Shown: piece by piece, positions 9,149 to 20,205 of the stretch | How the letters are laid out: each line of letters opens with the position of its first letter | How positions within the stretch are numbered: the first letter of the stretch is position 1 | Source of the DNA: an uncultured Alphaproteobacteria bacterium | Lineage (GTDB): Bacteria > Pseudomonadota > Alphaproteobacteria > Rs-D84 | Assembly: GCA_905233975.1 (NCBI GenBank) | Contig: CAJOGD010000005.1 | Coordinates: 10,362 to 74,361 of the forward strand | Length of the DNA: 64,000 nucleotides | Direction of reading: 5' to 3' | The notes under the pieces: generated by a model | What the model saw: only the letters and a program-made list of their open reading frames with translations | Told to the model about the DNA's origin: nothing | Database searches by the model: none | Translations under genes and position numbers: made by a program

Positions 9149-12100
9149 ATGAAGAAAATCGCTAGATTCCTTGGTTTTCTGGGCTTTTTTGGCGCGGCGC
9201 TTGGTGGTGTATTATTGTCGGACGCACATGCGGCCACCCCTTGTAACGCCGGCTACTACGGTATGGGTCCTGGTACTACCGAAGGTTGCACCGCTTGTCC
9301 AAGTCCCTATACCAACAGTGCATCTGGCTATAACAGGTACGAGGCGATGTGTTATGAGTCATGCGGCACAACGTGCGAAGATGTGTCAAACAAGTATGCC
9401 ACAACAACCGCCTATGGTTTGCCGACGGGATATACGGTTAATACGTCCCTGGGGACCAGCACACAGGTTTTATTTCAATCACTTGATGGCCTTGTTTCAT
9501 GCAGCAACCTCGACGGGATGTGTCCTTTGATTGTCACGTGCGATTCTTCATCCTCTAGTGATGCATGTAAAATAAGTTGGAAAAGCGTCGAATTTCTTGA
9601 TCTTAATGGTGAGATAATCGGGAAACCGCTCTATATTGCCTTTGGCCACTTTTGGAGTTCACAGAAAGTTCAAGGTGGATACGATACAGGAACCGGAACA
9701 AATATTTCATATTCCGCATTTTATCCGGTGTTTGATACGCCAACGGCACCAACCGTTGCGAACCGGCCTTTCTTGGGATATTCCAGGGAATCAAGTTATT
9801 ATGACGGAACGATTCCGGCCGAACCTTTATATAATCATGGTAAGTTGACCTCCGCAAACGCCTTGGCAACCGTTGATGGCGTAAGTGGCGAGCAGCCAGT
9901 GAGACTTTATGCGTTCTATGAATGTGAACCGGGGTATGAATGGAATATTAATGATAGCGAATGCCAACCAAAACACTATAAGACAGTACAGTATGATTGT
10001 AATGATAATGGCCATCATATCATACTAGATTATGATGGTGCGACGTTTGGCGAACGGTATGTTGTCCAAAACAACAATGTTGATATAACCGCTTGTACTC
10101 CGCATGTCCAGGGGACACAGATTGTAAAGTGGCAGATCACAAATAACAATGGCGGAACCGATGAACATCTTCCGGGGGCCCAGATTGAATGGGCTTACAC
10201 CCCCGCAGGGACCCCTACTTTCTATGCGGTATGGGGACAGACAACCTATAACATTACATATCACCCAAACGGTGGCACAGGGGATTCGGGCAATCATCCG
10301 GCAACGTATGATGCTACCGATTTGCCGCTTTCGATTACCTGGGTGCCGGAACGTGCCCACAGTGTTTTTGAAGGCTGGTGCAAGCGTGAGAATTTAACAG
10401 AATGTAGTGCGATACCATACGAAATACCAAGCGGAACGACGGGTGATATTAACCTGTATGCAAAATGGAGTTGCGACCCCGGATATATGCTGAGTGGTAA
10501 TTCATGTGTAGAGAGTAACGAATTGCCCGTAAGATATGAATGTGGCGACGGCGCCACCGGCGGGCCCGCAACCGATACGGCAACATACCATGACAGTTAT
10601 ACGGTCAGGGATGTTGATTATGCACTCTGTTCCAAAACGGGCTATACATTTAGTGGTTGGGCCTTTTCAGGCGGTGGTTTATATTACGGAGGGAATGTCA
10701 TCGATTCATGGATTTATACAACCGAACAAACATTCACCGCAAAATGGACGGCAAATGAATATCGCATAGACTATAAAAATATGGCACATTCCGCGCCGGT
10801 AAGTGGTATGCCGGATTCATACGAATACGGTGTGGGGGCTACAATAAACGGCACGCCAAGTCTTGCCAACGGGAGTTTTGAGGAATGGTGTCGCGACGCG
10901 ACTTTGGCGGACTGTGCCTTGCCACTGACCATCGCAACGGACGAAACCGGCGACAAGGTATTATGGGCAAAATGGAAATGTGCTACGGGATTCACACTTA
11001 GCAACGACAAGGATTCTTGCGAAGCGGACACATACACAGTGACGTATCAGTGCGGCGCACATGGCACCGGCGCCAATGTCACCGATACCGCAACATATCA
11101 TGCGAACTATGTTGTGCAGAATAGTAATGTAAATATCACCTGTACACCAGACAGCGGATACGAATTTACAGGTTGGAAATTTAGTGGTGATAATCGTGAC
11201 TATGTCCAAAATGACGAGATTTATTGGGAATACGCAAATAACAGCGAAACTCTGACGGCACAGTGGGATACAGCGACATATACCATTCAATATGAAAACA
11301 TGACCAATGCGACCGCTGCGCAGACCGGCATGCCGTCGAATTATACATACGGGGTTGGTGCAACAATTGACGGTGTTCCGACACGTGCAAACAGTGAATT
11401 TGCGGGTTGGTGCACAGATGAAACTTTGGAAAACTGTGCGATGACGCAAACCATTGGCACAACGGCAACAGGGGATAAAACATTCTGGGCAAACTGGGAA
11501 TGTTTGCCACCGTATCATTCGAATGCAAATGGCACCGCGTGCGTGGCCTGTGAGGCCGGGTATTATTGGAATGGCACCGATTGTACCACCGCCTGTCCAC
11601 CCGAATATCCATACAGTCGCAGCCCATATAACTGGAGTATCGATCAATGCTATAACTATTGCGACACCGCGACATGCGAAAGCTATAATGTGTCCGGTTT
11701 CCCAAATGGTTATACGGCAGAACCTATTGATTCTTCTTCAAAGCAGATTACATTCTATGGTAATGCCAGGAATGGTATAGATGCGTGCGATGGAACGGTC
11801 AAGTATTGCGCGTATGGGTTTGCTTCAACCCCGGGGGCATTACCATCGACATTGTATAAACCAATGACGGTGCCGGTTGACTTCTATGGTCATATGCCAC
11901 AAGAAAACCTTGGGACGTTGTATATATTTGGTAGTCGTGCCGGCGGTAGCAGCATAGATATTAACACCGGCGATGTATGGAGTCAGATTGTCGGCCCCGG
12001 TCAGCAGACACAGGTAATAAACAACACACAAACCGGCCTTACATATCAATACACGCCTATATTCTATCCCGCGGATATGGCGCCTAATGCCGATGTGACG

Positions 12101-15100
12101 GGATATACGTTCGATGGATACTATTATCCAGAAAACGGCAGCACCCAATATGTAGGCAGCGACTATGTATTGAATGCGACGAACGCCCTGGCTGTTATTA
12201 ATAGTGGCCAAACCGGCGGATACAATATCCCGCGCAAACTGTATGCGACGATGAATCATGGTTATAGCCTTGGCTGTTATAAAGTGAGTTTCAATAACAG
12301 TTGGCATGGTGGAACGCCGACAACCAGTACGTTAAGTTTCTATAAAAAGGGAACCAGTTGGTATGCGGGTACAGATTCAAATTGTACGGGCACACCAATC
12401 GCAAATCCAAGCGTGGCGAATGAATTACCAACCAAAACCAACGCAACGTTTACCGGGTATTATGATGAGTCTGGACCAGATTTGATGATTTTTGATGCAA
12501 ATGGTGCGGCAACCACGTACGCAAATATTTGGACGATTACAAGTGACACAACATTGTATGCGCAATATACATGCGACGCGAATGCACATCAAACATCGAA
12601 TGACGCATGTGTTGTGTGTACCGCGCCGACCGCATGTTGGGATAACAATACCGAACAATGCGTTGCATGTGCAGTAGTTGATCACACAATAACATTGGAC
12701 AAGAATGTTGGTGGTTTGCAAGGTGATGACAGCAGCCCGTCGATATTGTACACTGTGGAAGGTCAAGGTGTTTATACGGACCTTGCAACCGAAAATCCAT
12801 TTACCGCATTAACAGCGGTGCCGACCAAGTATGCAATCGTTACATTTAATCATTGTGACGGCACAAATGGGGCGTGTGATTCGACGGCCAATACCGAAAC
12901 CAAAAATTCTGATTTCCCATTCGTAGGTTTTTATGACACAACCTCCGCCATCAATGTTATATCAAACAATGGTAATTTGACCAATGATGGTTATACCAAT
13001 GCCATTGGGTTGCATGGTGATGCGACGTGGTATGCACGTTGGGGAATACATGGAATGATTGCCCATTGGCCGCAAAACCCAACGCGTTCCGGTTATAACT
13101 TTGTTGCATGGAAAGATGAACCTAACTGTACGGGTAATACGATGACATCGACCAGTTATATAGATACAGATACGACGCTGTATGCATGTTGGACGATGAA
13201 TACATCTTATGAATGCCAGGTGTATTGCGATGCGACGTTAAGTACATGTCCTTATCAAAATGCAAGCTGCGAATATGATGAAACGCAATACCAATCGGGA
13301 CATAACAATGGTGTTTCTGGGGCGCCATGCCTTGACGACGATGGGCATGAAATCGTCGCGGTGGCATGTCCGATTAGTAATGTCAGTTGCACACAGGCCG
13401 GGTATATCTGGGTATCAACAGACGAACAGTGCGAACAGTGCACATGCACACTGGGAACGGGCGTAGATACATGCACACCGTCTTCGGTTGGTAATCAGTG
13501 CACCGCGACGGGTTCGTGCGCCACCGGATACGTGAACTTTACACCGAATTGTTCCGGGACAACATGCGAACCTTACTGTGGTGCGAATACATTTACGGTA
13601 AATTACGAATGCGGAACACATGGTGCCGCGGCATCGGGCTATGACATGTATAACACCGCGACGTATGGTGCCGGGTACAAGGTCGCACATCAGTCATACA
13701 CCAGTTCCAATGTGATTGCACTGTGTAATCCGAACACCGGTTATGTGCTTGCGAATCCGACATGGAAATTAGAAGGCACATCTTACACCGGCAATACGGG
13801 TGATGTGATTGCGTCGTGGCAATATAGCATGAGTGCGCCAAAATTCATCGCACAGTATGATTGCGATACGGCGAATTTCTGGTTCCATAATTCATCAAGT
13901 GACACGTGCGTTCTGTGTAATGGCGCAAATGAATATTGGAATTCCACAACCGAAAGTTGCGGCCAATGCGGCGCGGGAACGTATCCGAATGCCGCACACG
14001 ATGCATGTATCAACGAAGGTCAATATGAAATAACCCTTAACAAGAATGTTAATTCTGGGGCGGTGCATGGGGTTGACGGGCAAACAACACTTTACACAGT
14101 GCACAATACCGGCGTTTATCGCGACGCGGCAAGAACGGCCGAAATGACGACCGCCGGCAATCCTTTGACCGAAGGAAATTTACCAAAGAAATATGCAATT
14201 GTGACATTCAATCACTGTGATGTTGATAACGATATACTCTGCACCAATCCGGCAAACACCGAAGACGTTGTTAATGCCTACTTTGCGTTCAATGGTTTCT
14301 ATCAAGATACGACCACAGGTTCAAAGTACATAAACGAGTATGGGTATATTACCGACGGTGCAAATGGCGGTATGACCGTTGGTGCGGGCTATACAGACAA
14401 CAATCATGTATGGTATGCGCACTGGGCCGCCCAGGGTATATTGAACGGATTCCCGGCCAATCCAACACGTGCGGGATATACTTTTGTTGAATGGCGGACG
14501 TTACCGAACGGAATGGGAACCGTTGTACCAAATAATCAGACATACACTGTGACGGCGGATACAACATTGTATGCAAATTGGGCTGCGAATGCATACGATA
14601 TACATTATGTGTTGAATGGCGGTGAAAACTATCATGGCGCCCCAACAAGTTATTCATATGGCACAGGTGCACAAATCAATGGCACCCCGACCCGCGACAA
14701 CAGTCAATTCATCGGTTGGTGTGATGATGCGGCTTTGACACAAAATTGCGACAAGGTGCGCGTAATAAGCGGAACCGAAACAGGCGACAAGACGTTCTAT
14801 GCGAAATGGACCTGCGATTGTGGTTATTCGGCAACCCAAAATGGCCAGGGTTGTGTTGCGAATACCATTACCGTAAATTATCAAAGCGAATATGGGACGG
14901 TGCCTGCATCGGGGACATGCACGTATAATGATGTTAATGGATTCACATTGGCGTCTGCAATTGACGCCCAGGGCCACGACTTTAGTGGTTGGGCGATGAA
15001 TTATCAACGCTTTAATGCCGGCCAAACCGTTGCGTGTAATTACACGACATTTGGTGTGTGCAATGGTTCTGTGAACGCCAACGCAATTTGGGGCGAAGCA

Positions 15101-17806
15101 AACACGTACAGAATAGATTATATAATGAACGGTGGTGTAAACTATGACGGCGCGCCAACAAGTTATATGTATGGCATTGGTGCACAAATTAATGGGACCC
15201 CAACCCGCGCCAACAGCCAATTTGTGGCATGGTGTGATGATGCCAATTTAAAGGTGAATTGCGCAAGGAACAAAATCATGGACTCAAATGATTCCGGCAA
15301 CAAGGTATTCTATGCCAAATGGTCTTGTGATTGTGGTTATGCGCCGACGTCAAATGCAGAGGCGTGTGATGCGAATACCATTATCCTGAATTATAATAAT
15401 GGTGGTCATGGCAATGCGCAGTTACCGGCGGCATATTGTACTTATGGCAATAATTTCCAATTGTACAACGCAATTTCGGCCACTGGTTATGAATTCAGCG
15501 GTTGGTCGGTAAATAATGATACCATATCGGCGGGCGCAACAGTTGCCTGTGATAATCAAACCCTTGGTGTTTGTGATGGTTCTGTGGTGATTAGTGCCAC
15601 ATGGGGGACAAATACCATAACACTTGATTGGGACGAAAATCATGGGACAGAGATTCCGAATGGTTCTTGCCAATATGGTGATACACTGGCACTGGCGTCT
15701 GAATTACCAAATCGCACAGGTTATACGTTCAGTGGTTGGGAATTGGTTAATAGCATCGTAAAGGCCGCGGGAACAACGGTTAGTTCGGGTTGTACCGAAA
15801 CATACACCGGCGTCACAAGCGGAACAAGCCATGGAATCAGGGCTGTATGGTGCCACAATTGTATCCAACCGGCGGTGCAAAATGTATGTTCGTTGAATAC
15901 AGAAGGTCCGGGCGATTGTGTGTATACCTATACTGAATGTCCCCAAGGATATACGCTGTATATCCCACAGGAAGCGCCTTGGAACCCGAGTTGTGTTCAA
16001 AATCAATACACCATTACGTATTCCGCCAATGGTGGTACAGGTGCGGACCAAACACAAAATGTGTTCTTTGGATCCACGTTCGTGACAAGACCGCGGTCGA
16101 TATTCACTAATTCTGGATATATGTTGACGAAGTGGCGCATTGCAGATGCAACGGCCACGTATGACCCGGATACAAGTTATACTTATGACATCAACGGCAA
16201 CACAACGTTAGAGGCGACATGGGAAAGATGCACCTGTTCGTATGCGGGCAACAGCGGTGTCCAAGCCTGTGATCCTTATTCAACGGCAAATAGTACATGT
16301 GGCGGAACGGCAACATGTTTGGCACACTTTGTAAATCCGACTGTCACATGTGCCAATGACGGACCGGCGTGTACGGCGACATGTACAGAATGTGGTGCGG
16401 GTTATATATCGGTAAATGATAACTGTGACCCATGCGACCCGGGACATTATCAATCGGGCAACGAATGTCCACAATGTTCGGGCAATACAATTGCGCCGAA
16501 TCCGGGTGCGACATCTTGCGTGGAATGTCCGGAATATACATTGGCAAATGCGGAACACACACAATGTTTGTATTGTCCGACGGGTTCTATCTTGGTGAAC
16601 GGTGTTTGTGAACAGTGTACGGCGGGACATTATCAATCCGGTAATGATTGCCCAATATGCCCGGGCAACACGATTGCCGCGAATCCGGGTGCGGCATCTT
16701 GTACGGAATGTCCGGAATATACATTGGCAAATGCGGAACACACACAATGTTTGTATTGCCCGACGGGTTCTATCTTGGTGAACGGTGTTTGTGAACAATG
16801 TGCGGCGGGGCATTATCAATCCGGTAATGATTGCCCAATATGCCCGGGCAACACGATTGCCACGAATCCGGGTGCGACATCTTGTACGGAATGTCCGGAA
16901 TATACATTGGCAAATGCGGAACACACACAATGTTTGTATTGTCCGACGGGTTCTATCTTGGCGAACGGTGTTTGTGAACAATGTACGGCGGGACATTATC
17001 AATCCGGTAATGATTGCCCAATATGCCCGGGCAACACGATTGCCGCGAATCCGGGGGCGGCATCTTGTACGGAATGTCCGGAATATACCGTTGCGAATCA
17101 AGATCATACCGCATGCGCGTCATGTCCGGCGGGTTCTATCTTGGTGAACGGTGTTTGTGAACAGTGTGCGGCCGGTACATATCAATCGGGCAATAGTTGT
17201 GTCCAATGTCCCGCGGGTAAAACATCATATGCTGGCGCAACATCGATAAATGATTGCTTTATTGATCCGGGCACATGTGCCCCAGACGAACACGTCGAAC
17301 AAGGCGAATGTGTTAGCAACACCAAGGAATGCACTGTGCCGCATGCAACGTCCGCAAAACGCGAATGGAATGCATCGATTGGAACATATGGCCCATGCGT
17401 TGTTGAAACCTGTGACGAAGCCAATGGTTATCGTGTGTCGGGCAATGCATGCGTAAAAGATTCCTGTGTTGTGGAACATGGTAGCGCCGAAACAGAATGG
17501 AACGTTGCCGACAATCGGTGGGAATGCATTGTCACGAAATGTGATCCGGGCTATGAAAGAAGCGCCGATGACAAATCTTGTGTTGAATGCTATAACCGTC
17601 GCGTTGATGGCGAAATCGCGGTCAGCAGTTATGTATCCGAATGCGAAATTGCCGCATGTATGTACCAAGGTCAAAAGTACACTTTGGACGGTAATGAATG
17701 TCGCCTTATCTGTGAAGAAAAGACCGATGAAACCGGGTCAATGATTTGGGATAATATAAGGAAGCAATGCGTCCGGACATGCAACAAGGGTTATAAGATG
17801 TGGTAG
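9149..17806 (+). CDS. giant secreted Cys-rich surface protein with Listeria-Bacteroides (Flg_new-type) repeats
   Basis: 2885 aa with signal peptide MKKIARFLGFLGFFGAALGGVLLSDAHA. At least 12 modules match the List_Bact repeat consensus (GYTFSGW ... LYAKW). The C-terminal third is CxxC-rich, including four near-identical 61-aa tandem repeats. Confidence 0.85.
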   Translation: MKKIARFLGFLGFFGAALGGVLLSDAHAATPCNAGYYGMGPGTTEGCTACPSPYTNSASGYNRYEAMCYESCGTTCEDVSNKYATTTAYGLPTGYTVNTSLGTSTQVLFQSLDGLVSCSNLDGMCPLIVTCDSSSSSDACKISWKSVEFLDLNGEIIGKPLYIAFGHFWSSQKVQGGYDTGTGTNISYSAFYPVFDTPTAPTVANRPFLGYSRESSYYDGTIPAEPLYNHGKLTSANALATVDGVSGEQPVRLYAFYECEPGYEWNINDSECQPKHYKTVQYDCNDNGHHIILDYDGATFGERYVVQNNNVDITACTPHVQGTQIVKWQITNNNGGTDEHLPGAQIEWAYTPAGTPTFYAVWGQTTYNITYHPNGGTGDSGNHPATYDATDLPLSITWVPERAHSVFEGWCKRENLTECSAIPYEIPSGTTGDINLYAKWSCDPGYMLSGNSCVESNELPVRYECGDGATGGPATDTATYHDSYTVRDVDYALCSKTGYTFSGWAFSGGGLYYGGNVIDSWIYTTEQTFTAKWTANEYRIDYKNMAHSAPVSGMPDSYEYGVGATINGTPSLANGSFEEWCRDATLADCALPLTIATDETGDKVLWAKWKCATGFTLSNDKDSCEADTYTVTYQCGAHGTGANVTDTATYHANYVVQNSNVNITCTPDSGYEFTGWKFSGDNRDYVQNDEIYWEYANNSETLTAQWDTATYTIQYENMTNATAAQTGMPSNYTYGVGATIDGVPTRANSEFAGWCTDETLENCAMTQTIGTTATGDKTFWANWECLPPYHSNANGTACVACEAGYYWNGTDCTTACPPEYPYSRSPYNWSIDQCYNYCDTATCESYNVSGFPNGYTAEPIDSSSKQITFYGNARNGIDACDGTVKYCAYGFASTPGALPSTLYKPMTVPVDFYGHMPQENLGTLYIFGSRAGGSSIDINTGDVWSQIVGPGQQTQVINNTQTGLTYQYTPIFYPADMAPNADVTGYTFDGYYYPENGSTQYVGSDYVLNATNALAVINSGQTGGYNIPRKLYATMNHGYSLGCYKVSFNNSWHGGTPTTSTLSFYKKGTSWYAGTDSNCTGTPIANPSVANELPTKTNATFTGYYDESGPDLMIFDANGAATTYANIWTITSDTTLYAQYTCDANAHQTSNDACVVCTAPTACWDNNTEQCVACAVVDHTITLDKNVGGLQGDDSSPSILYTVEGQGVYTDLATENPFTALTAVPTKYAIVTFNHCDGTNGACDSTANTETKNSDFPFVGFYDTTSAINVISNNGNLTNDGYTNAIGLHGDATWYARWGIHGMIAHWPQNPTRSGYNFVAWKDEPNCTGNTMTSTSYIDTDTTLYACWTMNTSYECQVYCDATLSTCPYQNASCEYDETQYQSGHNNGVSGAPCLDDDGHEIVAVACPISNVSCTQAGYIWVSTDEQCEQCTCTLGTGVDTCTPSSVGNQCTATGSCATGYVNFTPNCSGTTCEPYCGANTFTVNYECGTHGAAASGYDMYNTATYGAGYKVAHQSYTSSNVIALCNPNTGYVLANPTWKLEGTSYTGNTGDVIASWQYSMSAPKFIAQYDCDTANFWFHNSSSDTCVLCNGANEYWNSTTESCGQCGAGTYPNAAHDACINEGQYEITLNKNVNSGAVHGVDGQTTLYTVHNTGVYRDAARTAEMTTAGNPLTEGNLPKKYAIVTFNHCDVDNDILCTNPANTEDVVNAYFAFNGFYQDTTTGSKYINEYGYITDGANGGMTVGAGYTDNNHVWYAHWAAQGILNGFPANPTRAGYTFVEWRTLPNGMGTVVPNNQTYTVTADTTLYANWAANAYDIHYVLNGGENYHGAPTSYSYGTGAQINGTPTRDNSQFIGWCDDAALTQNCDKVRVISGTETGDKTFYAKWTCDCGYSATQNGQGCVANTITVNYQSEYGTVPASGTCTYNDVNGFTLASAIDAQGHDFSGWAMNYQRFNAGQTVACNYTTFGVCNGSVNANAIWGEANTYRIDYIMNGGVNYDGAPTSYMYGIGAQINGTPTRANSQFVAWCDDANLKVNCARNKIMDSNDSGNKVFYAKWSCDCGYAPTSNAEACDANTIILNYNNGGHGNAQLPAAYCTYGNNFQLYNAISATGYEFSGWSVNNDTISAGATVACDNQTLGVCDGSVVISATWGTNTITLDWDENHGTEIPNGSCQYGDTLALASELPNRTGYTFSGWELVNSIVKAAGTTVSSGCTETYTGVTSGTSHGIRAVWCHNCIQPAVQNVCSLNTEGPGDCVYTYTECPQGYTLYIPQEAPWNPSCVQNQYTITYSANGGTGADQTQNVFFGSTFVTRPRSIFTNSGYMLTKWRIADATATYDPDTSYTYDINGNTTLEATWERCTCSYAGNSGVQACDPYSTANSTCGGTATCLAHFVNPTVTCANDGPACTATCTECGAGYISVNDNCDPCDPGHYQSGNECPQCSGNTIAPNPGATSCVECPEYTLANAEHTQCLYCPTGSILVNGVCEQCTAGHYQSGNDCPICPGNTIAANPGAASCTECPEYTLANAEHTQCLYCPTGSILVNGVCEQCAAGHYQSGNDCPICPGNTIATNPGATSCTECPEYTLANAEHTQCLYCPTGSILANGVCEQCTAGHYQSGNDCPICPGNTIAANPGAASCTECPEYTVANQDHTACASCPAGSILVNGVCEQCAAGTYQSGNSCVQCPAGKTSYAGATSINDCFIDPGTCAPDEHVEQGECVSNTKECTVPHATSAKREWNASIGTYGPCVVETCDEANGYRVSGNACVKDSCVVEHGSAETEWNVADNRWECIVTKCDPGYERSADDKSCVECYNRRVDGEIAVSSYVSECEIAACMYQGQKYTLDGNECRLICEEKTDETGSMIWDNIRKQCVRTCNKGYKMW
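16445..17175. repeat. tandem repeat, period 183 bp, about 4 copies, >95% identical
   Basis: The gggacattatcaatccggtaatgattgcccaatatgcccgggcaac unit recurs at 16445, 16628, 16811 and 16994. It encodes the repeated peptide CEQCTAGHYQSGNDCPICPGNTIAANPGAASCTECPEYTLANAEHTQCLYCPTGSILVNGV. Confidence 0.9.
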
Positions 17807-17818
17807 TGGGGATTTCAT

Positions 17819-18667
17819 ATGCGCAAGGAGAGAGAGAATTTAAAGCAGTCATGTATCGTGTCCAATGACGAAACCGGCGTGTTTGGACATGTTGGTGATT
17901 TTGCCGTTCGCGCATATAGAAACCTCTGTAAAAACTGCACCTTTGTTATAAATGTGTTTCGTGGGATTTATAATACGTGTCGTGGCCGGTCTTGTATGCG
18001 GCGGGTTGATTTATGGGTTGAAATAAATCGTGCCGGTCTGCGTGCGATTCCAATTGTATGTCTAATCAGTTTTATGGTTGGCGTAATTATCGCGTTCGTT
18101 GGCCATATGCAGTTAGAGTTGTTCGGTGCGGAAATATACGTTGCGGCGTTGGTCGCGATTTCTATGGTTCGAATAATCGGTGCGATTATGACGGGGATAA
18201 TTATGGCGGGACGTACGGGCGCGTCGTATGCCGCAGAAATCGGATCTATGCGTGCGAATGATGAAATAGACGCATTAAAAACAATGGGCATTTCGCCGAT
18301 GGAATTTTTGGTTTTGCCGCGCGTGTTTGCGTTGACTATTACTATGCCGATTTTAACGGTTATCGCCGATGTAGTTTCAATATTCGGCGGCATGTGCGTT
18401 GCCATGTTGATAATGAATATTTCTATATCTGAATATTGGCATACAACACTTGATTGGATAACATTTAATAACTTTGCGGTTGGTGTATTTCATGGATGGA
18501 TCTTTGGTTGGGTGATTGCGATAACGGGTTGCATTTGCGGTCTGCGGGCCCAGAAAAATGCGGCCGGGATTGGGCATGCGACCACACGTGCGGTTGTTAT
18601 GGGAATTATTGGTTGCGTTGCGGCAACGGCAATTTTAACAGTTATCTTTAATTGGTTGGACGTGTAA
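17819..18667 (+). CDS. mlaE: phospholipid ABC transporter permease MlaE
   Basis: MlaE/YrbE permease family with five TM helices. Operon with mlaF and mlaD. The N-terminal ~40 aa of the ORF may not be translated. Confidence 0.75.
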   Translation: MRKERENLKQSCIVSNDETGVFGHVGDFAVRAYRNLCKNCTFVINVFRGIYNTCRGRSCMRRVDLWVEINRAGLRAIPIVCLISFMVGVIIAFVGHMQLELFGAEIYVAALVAISMVRIIGAIMTGIIMAGRTGASYAAEIGSMRANDEIDALKTMGISPMEFLVLPRVFALTITMPILTVIADVVSIFGGMCVAMLIMNISISEYWHTTLDWITFNNFAVGVFHGWIFGWVIAITGCICGLRAQKNAAGIGHATTRAVVMGIIGCVAATAILTVIFNWLDV

Positions 18668-19431
18668 TGAGGAAGAACGCTGATTATTTCATCGATATTA
18701 AAAACCTGACGCTGGGGTATGGCGGTAACGTCATTGTGCGGGATTTAAATTTTACAATAAACCGTTCTGACATTTTTGTTATCATGGGGCTTTCGGGGTG
18801 CGGTAAAAGTACGATTATGCGTTCGATTGTTGGACTACATGAACCAATGGGGGGCGGTATCGTTGTCGATGGCAAAGATATTTGGTCTTTGCCCATGGAT
18901 GCGCGCACGAAAATAGTTGAAACGTTTGGTGTGTCGTATCAGAGTGGCGCATTGTTTTCGTCGATGACGCTTGGTGAAAATGTTGCCCTGCCCTTGGAAA
19001 TCAAGACAACTATGTCGCGACGCGAAATAGAAAAAAATGTCCATAAAAAACTTGAACTGGTCGGGCTTGGTGATTGCGCGGACATTTATCCATCGGACGC
19101 AAGTGGTGGCATGGTAAAACGTGCGGCACTTGCGCGGGCATTGGCGTTAAATCCGCGCGCACTGTTTTTTGACGAACCTTCTGCGGGGCTTGATCCGGTT
19201 CGATCAAAACAGTTGGACGATTTGATTGTTAAAATTAATAAAAACCTTGGCACGACAATTGTCATGGTGACGCATGAATTGGCATCGATTATGTCCATTG
19301 CAACAAATTCTGTATATATCGGCAATCAAACGGTCATCGGACGCGGTGCGCCAAAGGAAATTTTACAAACAACGAAAAATCCGGAAATTATTGAATTTTT
19401 AACACGTGGATCCAAAGGGGGCAAAAAATGA
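18652..19431 (+). CDS. mlaF: phospholipid ABC transporter ATP-binding protein MlaF
   Basis: Walker A GLSGCGKST, ABC signature SGGMVKRAALARAL, Walker B LFFDEPSAGLD. Confidence 0.85.
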   Translation: MVGRVMRKNADYFIDIKNLTLGYGGNVIVRDLNFTINRSDIFVIMGLSGCGKSTIMRSIVGLHEPMGGGIVVDGKDIWSLPMDARTKIVETFGVSYQSGALFSSMTLGENVALPLEIKTTMSRREIEKNVHKKLELVGLGDCADIYPSDASGGMVKRAALARALALNPRALFFDEPSAGLDPVRSKQLDDLIVKINKNLGTTIVMVTHELASIMSIATNSVYIGNQTVIGRGAPKEILQTTKNPEIIEFLTRGSKGGKK

Positions 19432-20204
19432 AACAACCATCGCGACGTGCAATTGGCGGTTTTGTAATTTTATTTTTCTTGGTTATTATCGGGACAATCG
19501 CGTTCTTTTTCGGGCGACATTTTGACCGAAACTATGTGACACCGGTGCTGTTTTTCGAAGGTTCGGTAAAGGGACTTACCGTCGGTGCGAATGTGTATTT
19601 TCGTGGTGTTCCGATTGGACGCGTGGATAAAATACAACTTATCCCGAATAACCAAGATAAAATTATTATTCCGGTTTATGTGCGCATCGATCCGCGAATG
19701 ACCGCACGTGGGGAAATGTCGCGTTCGGAAATGGAAACGTGGATAAATGATTTGGTTCACCATGGATTAAAAGGCAAGCTGCAAACGCAAAGTGTTTTAA
19801 CGGGACAAATGACGATTGAACTTGATTTCTATCCACGTTATCCATCGCATTTTATGGCGGAAAAATATGGTATCGAAGATATAGAAATTCCAACTGTGCC
19901 GTCGATGCTCCAAGAAATTTCACAGAATTTGGAGAAAATTCCAATATCTGATATATCCGAAAATGTGAACGCGGTATTGCAACAACTGCACGAAGATATG
20001 CCGGCACTGTTGCGTCAATCAACCGAAGCGGTCGTTAGTATCAACCGGCTTGCGGATTCTATTGCGGGGCCCGGCACAACGACGATGTCGGACTTTAACC
20101 AAATGATACGCGATGTCAGTGATGCGGCGCGCGCGGTATCACAACTTAGCGATTATCTTGAACGCCACCCCGAGGCACTTTTGAAAGGAAAAGGAGGATA
20201 TTAA
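19428..20204 (+). CDS. mlaD: MCE-domain protein MlaD
   Basis: N-terminal TM anchor followed by an MCE domain. Overlaps the mlaF stop. Confidence 0.75.
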   Translation: MKQPSRRAIGGFVILFFLVIIGTIAFFFGRHFDRNYVTPVLFFEGSVKGLTVGANVYFRGVPIGRVDKIQLIPNNQDKIIIPVYVRIDPRMTARGEMSRSEMETWINDLVHHGLKGKLQTQSVLTGQMTIELDFYPRYPSHFMAEKYGIEDIEIPTVPSMLQEISQNLEKIPISDISENVNAVLQQLHEDMPALLRQSTEAVVSINRLADSIAGPGTTTMSDFNQMIRDVSDAARAVSQLSDYLERHPEALLKGKGGY

Positions 20205-20205
20205 A

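Noticed and set aside
9171-15220. Numerous 60-230-aa ORFs in other frames within the giant gene
   Set aside because: All are embedded in the 8.6-kb coding region and are low-complexity or Cys/His-rich translations of alternative frames with no RBS.
16280-17107. 275-aa minus-strand ORF with a highly repetitive Arg-rich sequence
   Set aside because: It is the antisense reading of the 183-bp tandem repeats inside the giant plus-strand gene. It has no RBS or independent support, so it is a spurious artefact of repeat periodicity.
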